NCBI GenBank assembly: GCA_963664815.2
Contig: CAXXHB010000002.1
Location: 64,001-128,000, forward strand
Direction: 5' to 3'
DNA: 64,000 bases
Source: Spirochaetota bacterium
Lineage (GTDB): Bacteria; Spirochaetota; UBA4802; UBA5550
A program made the translations under genes and the position numbers. Positions 19,323-29,137 of this stretch are shown one piece after another. The notes under the pieces are model-generated. The model did not search any database. It was not told the DNA's origin and was given only the letters and a program-made list of their open reading frames with translations. Each line of letters opens with the position of its first letter. The stretch's first letter is position 1.

Positions 19323-20657
19323 CTAAAAAAGCAGGCTTATTACTTCGTTAATAGATGCCGTAGCAATTATTTCACCCTCAAATCCGGCTTTTTTACATTT
19401 ACTCAAATCTGCGGGTGATACATAAATTTTTTTGAATCCCGAATACCGGAACTCCTGAATCCGTTTTTCAATACCTGAAACCGGCCTTATATCTCCGGAA
19501 AGAGAAACCTCCCCTATAAAACCTGATCCATCTTCAACCCTTTTTTCTTTTAAACTCGATGCAATTGCAACAGCCACGGCAAGGTCTCCCGCAGTTTCAT
19601 TGATATTAAATCCACCGGAGACATTTATAAAAACATCAAAATTACTGAGTTTCAGCCCTGCATGTTTTTCCAGAACCGCACATATTATAATAAGCCTGTT
19701 AATGTCAAAGCCATCTGAAAGACGACGCGGATTTGAAAAGCTTGAAAATGTCACAAGCGCCTGTACTTCAAAGAGAATAGTTCTGCTCCCCTCAACCGCA
19801 GCTGATACTGCATTCCCCGGTGCAACGGAGAGAAATGGATTCAGAAATATTTTATTTTTGTCCTTAACCTCTTCGAGTCCGGATTCAGTCATTCTGAAAA
19901 GACCAAGTTCATTTACCGAACCATACCTGTTTTTGAATGCCCTCAGAACGCGGTAGTCTTTCGAAAAATCACCTTCAAAGTAAAGGACGGTGTCAACTAT
20001 ATGCTCAAGAAGCTTAGGCCCGGCAATATTCCCGTCCTTTGTTATGTGACCTATCAGAACAACAGGAATTCCTTTCTTTTTTGCAAAATCAACAAGCCTC
20101 GAGGCAGATTCTCTCACCTGGCTCACTGACCCCATTATTCCCGGAATCTCCGCCGAGAAGATTGTCTGTATGGAATCAACTATAAGGCAACCAGGTGCTA
20201 TGCTCTCAGCAAGCTCAATAATATCATCAACTTCATTATTTACGGATATATAAATACATGACATATCTATTGATAACCGCTCACCTCTCTGCCTTATCTG
20301 AACCGGGGACTCCTCCCCCGAAATGTACAAAGCGTTCAGCTTTTCGGACACCTGCAATGCTAATGTTGATTTCCCTATTCCCGGCTCACCCCCGAGAAGG
20401 ATAACTGATCCGGGGACAACCCCTCCTCCGCAGACAAGATCAAATTCAGTAATTCCTGTTTTTCTCCTGATGGTTTTCTCTTTATCAATACTGCTGAGTA
20501 AAACAGCCGCAGGAGCTTCGCGAAGTCTTCTGCCGGCAGAAACCTCTGTTTTCTCGGAAATAGTGTTCCACTCGCCGCAGGAAGTGCACCTTCCATTCCA
20601 CTTTGAATAATCTGCACCGCAAGCGGTGCAGAAGAAAAAATCTGTCTTTTTTGCCAT
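19323..20657 (-). CDS. radA: DNA repair protein RadA/Sms
   Basis: C4 zinc finger CTACG...CTSCGEW, GEPGIGKSTL, KNRYG. Start MAKK at 20657 follows the upstream stop directly. Confidence 0.95.
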   Translation of the reverse strand: MAKKTDFFFCTACGADYSKWNGRCTSCGEWNTISEKTEVSAGRRLREAPAAVLLSSIDKEKTIRRKTGITEFDLVCGGGVVPGSVILLGGEPGIGKSTLALQVSEKLNALYISGEESPVQIRQRGERLSIDMSCIYISVNNEVDDIIELAESIAPGCLIVDSIQTIFSAEIPGIMGSVSQVRESASRLVDFAKKKGIPVVLIGHITKDGNIAGPKLLEHIVDTVLYFEGDFSKDYRVLRAFKNRYGSVNELGLFRMTESGLEEVKDKNKIFLNPFLSVAPGNAVSAAVEGSRTILFEVQALVTFSSFSNPRRLSDGFDINRLIIICAVLEKHAGLKLSNFDVFINVSGGFNINETAGDLAVAVAIASSLKEKRVEDGSGFIGEVSLSGDIRPVSGIEKRIQEFRYSGFKKIYVSPADLSKCKKAGFEGEIIATASINEVISLLF

Positions 20658-20658
20658 A

Positions 20659-21546
20659 TTATGGTTTCTGCTTGAAAAATAATTTTGAAGGGTCCTTTTC
20701 CAGTTTATTAAAAAGATCCTTGGCAGACTGCGATGCATCCTTCAGGTTATAATAAATTTCCTCGTCATTCATGAGTTTGCCAAGGCTCCCCCTCCCCTGT
20801 TCAAGTCTCTGTATAATTTTATTAAGATTACTTGATGTCTCGGACATATTCCTTATTGTGATTGATATATCCTGTTTATTTTTCTCTGTAAGACTTGCCA
20901 TGTTCCCGGTGAACCTGTTAAGCTGATCCATAAACTGTTTAGTCTGCTGTGAAAGAAGAAATATACTGGCTTTGGTTACAAGAACAGTCTGACGTATATC
21001 TCCCCTGTTATCGCTTGATATTGCATTAAGGTTTTCAACAAACTGTTTTGAGTTCTTGAAAATTTCAGCCAGAAGTTCTCCTCCGCTCTGATCCTGCATA
21101 AATCCCTGGAAAATAAGCATCATCTGGTCAAAGCTTGGAGGATCGATACCATAGACTTTATCCCCGTCTTTCAGAAAATTATCTACATTTATCGATGGAG
21201 GGACAAAGACATTTATATATTTACTGCCGATTATACCTTTTGTAAAAATTGCAAATTTTGTATCTCTTATAAGCCTGTATTTATTATCTATCCATACAAC
21301 TACTTCTGTTTTTTCACCCGACTGTCTGATTGCAGTGACTTGTCCGATTTTTATTCCCCCGGCAATATTTACAGGAGCTCCCACATCAAGATCATTTAAA
21401 AAACTGTAATATATTCCCAGTTCATAACCTGACCTTGCCACATTTATTTTGGCAAGGAGAGCTATCATAAGTATTAAAATGGTGAAACTTAATGTTACAA
21501 CAAAGCCGACTCTTGCTTCATTGTTAAGCTTCATAATCACCTCCAT
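20659..21546 (-). CDS. MCE/MlaD family protein
   Basis: EARVG N-terminal TM, LDVGAPVNIAGG.KIGQV, GIIGSKYI, GSLGKLMND. Start may be ATG 21534. Confidence 0.85.
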   Translation of the reverse strand: MEVIMKLNNEARVGFVVTLSFTILILMIALLAKINVARSGYELGIYYSFLNDLDVGAPVNIAGGIKIGQVTAIRQSGEKTEVVVWIDNKYRLIRDTKFAIFTKGIIGSKYINVFVPPSINVDNFLKDGDKVYGIDPPSFDQMMLIFQGFMQDQSGGELLAEIFKNSKQFVENLNAISSDNRGDIRQTVLVTKASIFLLSQQTKQFMDQLNRFTGNMASLTEKNKQDISITIRNMSETSSNLNKIIQRLEQGRGSLGKLMNDEEIYYNLKDASQSAKDLFNKLEKDPSKLFFKQKP

Positions 21547-21857
21547 CAGTCAGAAGGAAAAAAGTTAAACGATCTTCTGACCTCACAAATATCAACTGTT
21601 TCACTATGACTTCATTTAATCAAATAAAAAATATAATTACTCCACACACGAAAATCGTTACTAAAGTCTTTCCTTATTTTTCAGCATCTGCTTTTACAGA
21701 ACCGGCAGCATTAACCACATGTTACACATGCATCAATTCAGCAATAAAATGAAGTTTTTGCAATCATTACATAATAATTTAAAATATATTATTGATTGTA
21801 ATAGAATTTTATATTTTATACAATAATTACTTATAACATTTTTAAAAGAGGTTTAAA

Positions 21858-22172
21858 ATGACTGAATGTATGATTTATATAACGACAAACTCCGAAGAGG
21901 AAGCGGAAATTATTGGAAGAAACCTTGTTTCAAGAAAACTTGCCGCCTGTGTAAATATTATCAGCAACATGAAATCCATTTATCACTGGGAGGGAAAAAT
22001 CGAAAGCGCTGATGAAGTCGTTTTAATAGCCAAAACAAAGAAAGCTCTTATTAACGAAATCATAGAAAATGTTAAAACACTTCACAGTTACGAATGCCCC
22101 TGTATTGTCGCAATCCCTATAATCGGCGGAAATGAAGACTTTATAAAATGGATACGGGATGAAACAAAATAG
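21858..22172 (+). CDS. cutA: Divalent-cation tolerance protein CutA
   Basis: LAACVNI, SIYHWEGKIE, LHSYECPCI motifs; GAGG SD. Confidence 0.93.
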   Translation: MTECMIYITTNSEEEAEIIGRNLVSRKLAACVNIISNMKSIYHWEGKIESADEVVLIAKTKKALINEIIENVKTLHSYECPCIVAIPIIGGNEDFIKWIRDETK

Positions 22173-22272
22173 ACGGGTTGATGGGACGAAATAAGACACC
22201 ATTACTATTATTATTGACAAAGTTTCTGTATTTATTTCTTATGCAAAAGTAACTTAAAATCGGAGGATTCAG

Positions 22273-22371
22273 GTGGGAAAACAGTATAAGCCAATTATAA
22301 AACGAAAAAGAGCAAAAAGAAGATTAAAAAGAAAAAAACTGGCCTTAAAAGCTAAAATATCTGCAAAATAG
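22273..22371 (+). CDS. 32-aa very basic small protein (MGKQYKPIIKRKRAKRRLKRKKLALKAKISAK)
   Basis: GGAGG at 22262-22266, GTG start at 22273, TAG at 22369-22371; TTGACA at 22214-22219. Fills the gap between cutA and the convergent gene. Confidence 0.65.
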   Translation: MGKQYKPIIKRKRAKRRLKRKKLALKAKISAK

Positions 22372-22390
22372 TGAAGTATATAAGGTAAAT

Positions 22391-24979
22391 TTACCTTATA
22401 TACTTCACCGGATTAACCGGTAACGCTATACAACCATCACCGGTTATAACAAACGCGATATATCCAGGTTTTATATTTTCAGGAAACCCCTCTCCGGAAA
22501 AATCAAGCCAGTAGCCGCTGTTTTTATTTTCAGGAACATAAAGCAGAATCTTATTAATTAATTCACTCCCGCTTTTGATAAATGATATATATGATTTTAT
22601 TCCCAGTTTTTCAAGAATTGCTTTAGCCAGATGAGTTTTCTCCTCAACTGTACCCTTTCCGCTTGAAAGTACTCTTTCAATTTTATCCGGTCTTAAATTT
22701 ATATTCCCACTTTTTATAATTTCAGACATTACATAAAAATGAATACTTTTAAGTTTTTTTTCAAAGCTGTCACCTGCCGCGAATTCAGTATTTTTCTCTG
22801 CAGTGAATTGACCGGTAAAATCTGATATTTTTTTATACCATTCTGCAAAATTACGCTCTGAGGAAAATTTTGAGATTTTTGAGCTCACTCTCTCTTTTTC
22901 ACTCCTTGAGAATCTTTTGTTAACAATAAACCTGATTAATCCGTCAGAATACTTTACTGAGGAGACCTCCTCATTCTTATAAAAAACCCCTGGTAACAGA
23001 TCTCCATAACAGATTACCTCATAGTTTAATTCAGAAATTACTTCATTTTCAGCTTTGAGGGTCAGCTCATTTATAAAATTAAAAATTTCTTCCGGTTCTT
23101 GAGTATATTCCCCGGTATATTTAATTACTGAAAACTCTTCATCCCCATCGCTTTTATACTTCACTGTAATCCTCTTTTTATCAGTCAGCGATGTTGCAAA
23201 ATTAACAGAAACCGGAAGCCCATCCCTGGCTTTTACAACATATAGAACTTTAATACCCTTTATCCGGGGAATACCTGTTAATATTTCCCCTGAAGAAAAT
23301 TCACTCCCTCCGTTAATATATTTTTCACTGTGAAGTTTGCTCCCCCGGGGAATTATGTCCTCTCCCTCAATGACTACTCTTCCCGATTCAAAAACATGTA
23401 ATGTAATTTTCCTTTTCTTTTCGTACCATCTGAATTCGGGATGAAAATCCGTATAAAATCCTTTATAAAAATCATTACCGTCAAGTATTCCGTTCTCATA
23501 GATATCTGAAAGATCCCGCATCAATCCGGAGTATTCGTTAAGAGAATACCCCTTTTCCCAGTACATAACAGGATCGACCCCCGAATGCATTTCTGCCAGT
23601 CCTAAATTGTAGTAATAATATTCATCATCACTCCTCGAACTTCCTTCAATCAGTGTGCTTCTCCATAAATCATCATTCCCGGAAAGTTTTGTTACTTCAG
23701 AAAAAATATACCTGAAGCGCGGATTATTTTTAAAAAAGCTTCGAAGTTCATTGATCCCGGCATATTCTCTCATATCGCATAACATATAAACATATGATGC
23801 GGCCAGTTCTTCAGGCATATACACGGCAGGAATTAATTTAACAGTCGCCATAAACTTCTCACTGTTTCTCGTAAGATAAAAATCAGCCAGCCATATATTA
23901 TAAATATCTGAATCCGGAAATATATTGCGAAATTTTGCCATGCATGCATGAAACTCATCCTCCCGGTTCATAATATCAAGCAGCGGAATAAACTCTCTGT
24001 ATACATCAAAGTATGCGGGAAATTTTTCTGTAATTAATACACCCAGTTTATATCCTTCATTAAGTTTACCGGAGCTGATAAGTTCTTTCATCTTCAATGT
24101 GGACACTGAAGCGTCCGATGCAGGAAAGCTGTCAGATTCTCCTGATGTTAAAATCTTTTCAGATGTAAAGCTGTAATTAAAAACATTGCTGCTGTAACTT
24201 ATTTGTGCAGGAATAAAATTTTCATCAGTAATCAGTCCTCTTATGTATGGATGATGATTTTTGTCACCGCTCTGTGCCTTCAACTGTACGGTATATCCCC
24301 CTGCGCCACTTAAGGCAAATGCCATGATGGATTTACCTTCGCCTTTTCTCTTTGTAATTTCTTTTCCGTTTACTGTCAGCTTATACTCAGCATCAGATAT
24401 TATCCATAAAACAATATAACCTGAACAGGTAAAAGATGTAACAGCATATACTGTCTCATCAGTCCCATGATCCGGTTTAAACGAATAAAACAATCCTCCA
24501 TCATCTGTGGAAATATTTTTCATCTTCTCCATATCTTTGAGTTTATACACTCTCTCCGGCTGAAATTCATAATCAATATCAGCTTTGCCATATCTGCTCC
24601 ACGGCCCCGAAATATTCCATTTTTTAATAATTGAAAAATTCTTTTTACTTTCCGAGTAATTCCCATCCAGGTCATCGATTGAAAGCTTCAGAATCTGGCC
24701 CGATATGCTGTTTTTTCCGCTTTCTGATTCCAGCTTGTTTAAGGCTTTCCTGAATATTCCGGAGATTTCAGATCTCCCGACTGCCGGAGCAAGATTCATT
24801 AATATTGCTGTATAAAGCGGGACATTCCCGCCTGAAGGGTTCCTGACAATCTCCGAAGTAAGTTGTGCCGTGTAATCAATTGAATTATTTCCCGGTCTGA
24901 TAATATTTTCAGAATGAATAGTTTCGACGCCCTGCACTATCATTAAAAAAACAGATAAAAAAATAATAAAATATCTCAT
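22391..24979 (-). CDS. Large secreted protein with helical repeats and degenerate transglutaminase-like C-terminus
   Basis: Signal peptide; W.ISGPW beta domain; C-terminal VLSSGKGTVEEKTHLAKAILEKLGIKS...YWLD pattern. Confidence 0.55.
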   Translation of the reverse strand: MRYFIIFLSVFLMIVQGVETIHSENIIRPGNNSIDYTAQLTSEIVRNPSGGNVPLYTAILMNLAPAVGRSEISGIFRKALNKLESESGKNSISGQILKLSIDDLDGNYSESKKNFSIIKKWNISGPWSRYGKADIDYEFQPERVYKLKDMEKMKNISTDDGGLFYSFKPDHGTDETVYAVTSFTCSGYIVLWIISDAEYKLTVNGKEITKRKGEGKSIMAFALSGAGGYTVQLKAQSGDKNHHPYIRGLITDENFIPAQISYSSNVFNYSFTSEKILTSGESDSFPASDASVSTLKMKELISSGKLNEGYKLGVLITEKFPAYFDVYREFIPLLDIMNREDEFHACMAKFRNIFPDSDIYNIWLADFYLTRNSEKFMATVKLIPAVYMPEELAASYVYMLCDMREYAGINELRSFFKNNPRFRYIFSEVTKLSGNDDLWRSTLIEGSSRSDDEYYYYNLGLAEMHSGVDPVMYWEKGYSLNEYSGLMRDLSDIYENGILDGNDFYKGFYTDFHPEFRWYEKKRKITLHVFESGRVVIEGEDIIPRGSKLHSEKYINGGSEFSSGEILTGIPRIKGIKVLYVVKARDGLPVSVNFATSLTDKKRITVKYKSDGDEEFSVIKYTGEYTQEPEEIFNFINELTLKAENEVISELNYEVICYGDLLPGVFYKNEEVSSVKYSDGLIRFIVNKRFSRSEKERVSSKISKFSSERNFAEWYKKISDFTGQFTAEKNTEFAAGDSFEKKLKSIHFYVMSEIIKSGNINLRPDKIERVLSSGKGTVEEKTHLAKAILEKLGIKSYISFIKSGSELINKILLYVPENKNSGYWLDFSGEGFPENIKPGYIAFVITGDGCIALPVNPVKYIR

Positions 24980-25186
24980 CCTTCAGGTTTCCCCTCAATT
25001 GTTTAAAATGTCATTTCTTTATTAAATCAGTACTTCATTATTAACATGTATACATTGTCATGGAAAATAATACAAGCAATGATTACCTGCACATCAGAGA
25101 TTCAGTTTCACAACAATCCAAAATCTGTTTGACAATTATTAATATTAACATTTTAAATAGTACAGAATAATTTTAAAAATAAATCT

Positions 25187-25663
25187 ATGTTAAAAATCTA
25201 CCCGCTATCTGAAAAAAAAACATTATATCCCATTCTCGCGTATTGGTCTTATAATAACTGGTACCTGCATAGAAATGTGCCCTTCAACCTTGTCCTTCAT
25301 GAATATAAAAAACGCGCTGATTTTGACGCTCTTCCATGTTCATTTATTGCTTTCTGGGGGGAGGTTCCCGTTGGCATGATTTCGATTAAAGAGACTGATA
25401 TGCTCAGGAGGCAGGATTTATCCCCCTGGTTGTCAGCGCTATACGTTTCGCCGGAACACCGGGAAAAAGGCATCGGCTCTGAACTGATCAGAACGGTGTT
25501 GAACTACTGCTACAGAAAGGGATTTAAAAGAATATATCTTTTCATTGACAGCCGATTTATGAATATACTTGAAAAATATTATGTGACAAGAGGCTGGATT
25601 TTTTTAGACGAGGATTTTGATTCAGACGGGAACAGAACAAAGATTCTCTTTCATGAAATATAA
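25187..25663 (+). CDS. GNAT family N-acetyltransferase
   Basis: PWLSALYVSPEHREKGIGSELI acetyl-CoA motif A. Confidence 0.85.
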   Translation: MLKIYPLSEKKTLYPILAYWSYNNWYLHRNVPFNLVLHEYKKRADFDALPCSFIAFWGEVPVGMISIKETDMLRRQDLSPWLSALYVSPEHREKGIGSELIRTVLNYCYRKGFKRIYLFIDSRFMNILEKYYVTRGWIFLDEDFDSDGNRTKILFHEI

Positions 25664-25696
25664 TCCCGTTCCCGATCCTGAATTAAATCAAAGAAA

Positions 25697-26410
25697 TCAA
25701 TGGTGATGGTCACCATGATGGTGGGAATCTCCCTCCCCATGATGATGGTGCTGCCCTTTTTTATGTTGTATCCCATGCTCAATATAACTTACCAGTTTTG
25801 CCATATTAGTCCCTTTAGTGGCTGAAACCTCCATAATTCCTGATTCCCTGTTAAGTTCACGCACCTGCCTGTAGAAAATATCCATATCGAAGTTTGTCGA
25901 TTCAATTATATCCATTTTATTGAGAACAATAAGGTCAGCTTTGCTGAACATTACCGGATATTTATGAGGTTTATCATGACCCTCTGATACAGACACAACC
26001 ATAATTACCTCGTCTTCTCCGAGAAAAAAGTCGGCCGGGCATACAAGATTTCCGACATTTTCAATAATAAGACAATCGATTTTATGAAGGTCAAAATCCA
26101 CAAGTGATCTTTCAACCATTGCAGCTTCAAGATGACAGAGGCTGTGAGTGTTTATCTGGTGTACATTTACGTTTAGCTTAGCCAGTCTGTCCGCATCAGC
26201 GGTACCCTGCATATCTCCCTCAATAACTGCTATCCTGTATTTTTTGGATAATTCAGGAATTACAGCCTCTAGAAGGCTTGTTTTACCGGCTCCCGGAGCG
26301 CTCATAAAATTCAGAACATAAATCTGATGATCATCCATATTCTTCTTTATATTTTCCGCAAGTTTATCATTCTGAGCAAGAAGGTCTTTTTCAAGTTCAA
26401 TGTAATGCAT
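25697..26410 (-). CDS. hypB: Hydrogenase nickel-incorporation GTPase HypB
   Basis: SAPGAGKT, CHLEA, ENVGNLVCPA, KYP.MF, NKMD motifs. Confidence 0.95.
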   Translation of the reverse strand: MHYIELEKDLLAQNDKLAENIKKNMDDHQIYVLNFMSAPGAGKTSLLEAVIPELSKKYRIAVIEGDMQGTADADRLAKLNVNVHQINTHSLCHLEAAMVERSLVDFDLHKIDCLIIENVGNLVCPADFFLGEDEVIMVVSVSEGHDKPHKYPVMFSKADLIVLNKMDIIESTNFDMDIFYRQVRELNRESGIMEVSATKGTNMAKLVSYIEHGIQHKKGQHHHHGEGDSHHHGDHHH

Positions 26411-26423
26411 TATTATTCTCCTG

Positions 26424-26765
26424 TTATTCTATATCTATCGAATCAACATACATCCTGTCGCCGGAAACTATTTTTACAGAAGTTGATCCGCATAAACTGC
26501 ATTTAAAAATATAATCCTCCATAACCGTTTCACTATTACACTTGCTGCATGAAAGAATTGTTTTTGTCGGCTTTATATTTATTTTCGCGTTTTCAAATAC
26601 TGACCCCTTTTTGGCAACCTCCATTGCAAATTCAAGAGCATCTGCAGAGACAGAACTGAACTCGCCTACAATTATGTTAACCTCTTTAACAACTGTTGCA
26701 CCGTTACTGGCTGCCGCCTCCTCAACTATTTCCCTTACGCTCATGGCAAGACTTAATTCATGCAT
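26424..26765 (-). CDS. hypA: Hydrogenase nickel metallochaperone HypA
   Basis: MHELSLA start at 26765 overlapping the hypF stop; two CxxC motifs. Confidence 0.93.
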   Translation of the reverse strand: MHELSLAMSVREIVEEAAASNGATVVKEVNIIVGEFSSVSADALEFAMEVAKKGSVFENAKINIKPTKTILSCSKCNSETVMEDYIFKCSLCGSTSVKIVSGDRMYVDSIDIE

Positions 26766-28992
26766 TATAAACCCCGTAAATTGCCTGTCCGGCTGATATC
26801 CCCGCATCATTTGCCGGGATTTTTCTGTTAATAAATACTCTGAGCCCTTCTGATGCAAGCTTTTTTTCCACACCTGAAAGCATAATCCTGTTCTGAAAAA
26901 CTCCCCCGCTCAATAAAACATTTTCAATACTACTGCCGGAACATACAGCGACCGCTATTTCCACTATACCATTCATCAGGGAGTTATGAAATATTTTTGC
27001 CAGATTCTCTATACTTTCACCTTTCAACTTCCGTTCATATAATTCTTCAATAAGCATTGATGAATTGAAGTTCATCAGTCCATCTTCATCTTTTATCGAG
27101 GCCGGAATATACTCTTCACTGCTGCTTTTCAGCGCAAGCATTTCAAGATATATAGCGGCTTCTGCCTCGTATGAAACGTTTTTATTAAAGCCCAAGAGTG
27201 CCCCTGCTGCATCAAAAAGCCTGCCGGCACTTGACGTGAGCGGCGAGAAATTTATATTATCAGAAATTTTATAAACATTCTCAGCGACACTTCTGTCTAC
27301 CCATGAGCATGCATCATAAAACTTATCCTGTCCAATAAGTCCCGACAGTATCCTCCACGGTTCTTTAATAGCCTTTTCCCCACCCGGTAAAGGAAAAAGT
27401 GATAATCTCCCCCTCCTGACGAATGAGTGAATATCCCCGGTGAATACCTCTCCACCCCAGACAGAACCATCGCTTCCATAACCTGTCCCGTCAAAAATTA
27501 TTCCTGCAGCATTACCTTCCAGAGCGTTTTCGAAATAGCACGAAAGAAAATGTGCATAATGGTGCTGTATCTGAAGCAATGGGATATTTCTGCTTTCTGA
27601 AAGTTCTCTGGCGAATGAAGTTGATTCATAATCCGGGTGAAGATCGGCAACCACTGCATCCGGAACAATACTGTAAAAATTCAGCATTTCATTAACAGTC
27701 TGTATAAAATGTGCAAAGGTATCAGGCGTCCCCAGGTCGCCAACATGATTGCTTGTCACTATGTTGTCTTCTGATACTACTGATATATTGCTTTTCAGTT
27801 CAGCCCCAAGGGCAAGGATCTTCTTTCCATTCTCCTGCGGAAGTTTAACAGGGAAAGGCATTTTCCCTCTCCCCATTCTTACGCTTATTTCCCTGTTTTC
27901 ACTGAAAAAAGATATGCTGTCATCTGCTCTTTTGTATATCTCCCTGTTATGCGTTAAAAAAACATCCACTATACCTGCAAGTTCAGCCGCGGCTTTATTA
28001 TCATCAATAATTAACGGGTCACCTGAGATATTTGCGCTTGTCATAACCAGCGGTATATTTACCCTGTCAAGAATAAGCTGATGAAGAGGGGTATATGCAA
28101 TCATTATGCCGAGGTACCCGTTCATCGGAGCTATATTTTCGGAAATTCCTGAATTGTCTTTTTTTTCGACCAGCACAATCGGGGAAATTTTTGAAAGGAG
28201 AAGTTTCTCTTCACTGAGGTTCAGCTTCACATATTTACGGGCGTCATCCACTGACCTGAACATAACAGCAAAAGGCTTACCGGGTCGTCTTTTTCTGTCC
28301 CTCAGTCTCTGAACCGCGTCGAAATCAACAGCCGAACATACAATATAGTATCCGCCAAGCCCTTTCACTGCAGCAATTTTACCTGAAAGCAGCGCAGCTG
28401 TTGTCTCATCAAATCCCGATACTGCCGGACCGCAAACCGGACATGAAAATCCTTCGATGTGATAACGCCTGTCTGCCGGATTGTCGTATTCCTCCCGGCA
28501 CGTGCCACAGAAGGGAAATTTATCCATTGATGTTTTCTTCCTGTCATATGGCATATCTTTCATGTATGTATACCGCGGGCCACAGTTCCCGCAGGTAATG
28601 AAGGGATACAGATATCTTCTGTCGGAAGGATTATTGAATTCTTTTCTGCAATCGTTACACATTGCTATATCAGGAGGAATGCTGAATCTTGTCGGCCCAT
28701 GCTCCCTGCTTTCAATTATAACAAATTCTTTTTCTCCGGGAATAACACTTATATCCTGCAACTTAAAAAATGAAATCACCGCGTTTTCAGGGATAAAACT
28801 GTAGAATGAATCCGTATATTTTTTTACTGTTTCAGGCTCACCCTGAATTTCAATCTCGACGGAATCTCTTGTATTAAGAACTTTCCCCTTAAGTCCCATG
28901 GAGAGAGCCTGCTTCGCCATCGCCGGCCGAAAACCAACACCCTGAACAATTCCCTTCACAGTAATTCTTACTCTTTTAAGACTCGTTTCCAT
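26758..28992 (-). CDS. hypF: Carbamoyltransferase HypF
   Basis: GIVQGVGFRP acylphosphatase domain, zinc fingers, KGLGGY, QHHYAH, DGTGYG, ND.GIS.GQ. Confidence 0.95.
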   Translation of the reverse strand: METSLKRVRITVKGIVQGVGFRPAMAKQALSMGLKGKVLNTRDSVEIEIQGEPETVKKYTDSFYSFIPENAVISFFKLQDISVIPGEKEFVIIESREHGPTRFSIPPDIAMCNDCRKEFNNPSDRRYLYPFITCGNCGPRYTYMKDMPYDRKKTSMDKFPFCGTCREEYDNPADRRYHIEGFSCPVCGPAVSGFDETTAALLSGKIAAVKGLGGYYIVCSAVDFDAVQRLRDRKRRPGKPFAVMFRSVDDARKYVKLNLSEEKLLLSKISPIVLVEKKDNSGISENIAPMNGYLGIMIAYTPLHQLILDRVNIPLVMTSANISGDPLIIDDNKAAAELAGIVDVFLTHNREIYKRADDSISFFSENREISVRMGRGKMPFPVKLPQENGKKILALGAELKSNISVVSEDNIVTSNHVGDLGTPDTFAHFIQTVNEMLNFYSIVPDAVVADLHPDYESTSFARELSESRNIPLLQIQHHYAHFLSCYFENALEGNAAGIIFDGTGYGSDGSVWGGEVFTGDIHSFVRRGRLSLFPLPGGEKAIKEPWRILSGLIGQDKFYDACSWVDRSVAENVYKISDNINFSPLTSSAGRLFDAAGALLGFNKNVSYEAEAAIYLEMLALKSSSEEYIPASIKDEDGLMNFNSSMLIEELYERKLKGESIENLAKIFHNSLMNGIVEIAVAVCSGSSIENVLLSGGVFQNRIMLSGVEKKLASEGLRVFINRKIPANDAGISAGQAIYGVYNA

Positions 28993-29137
28993 ATACTCTT
29001 TATACTCTTTTATTCACCGGGTAAATTACAAGATTTCTGTTAGTTAGTATAAGCTGCGTGATTTTTGTAAATAAAATGTTTACTATTTTGAAAACTTTTT
29101 ACATGGAAATTCAATAATTAAAAGAAAATAGTATTTA

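Noticed and set aside
20658-20738. N-terminal extension of RadA in the ORF track
   Set aside because: Overlaps mlaD; the MAKK start at 20657 fits RadA.
26766-26873. N-terminal extension of HypA in the ORF track
   Set aside because: HypA needs an N-terminal MHE; the extension lies inside hypF.
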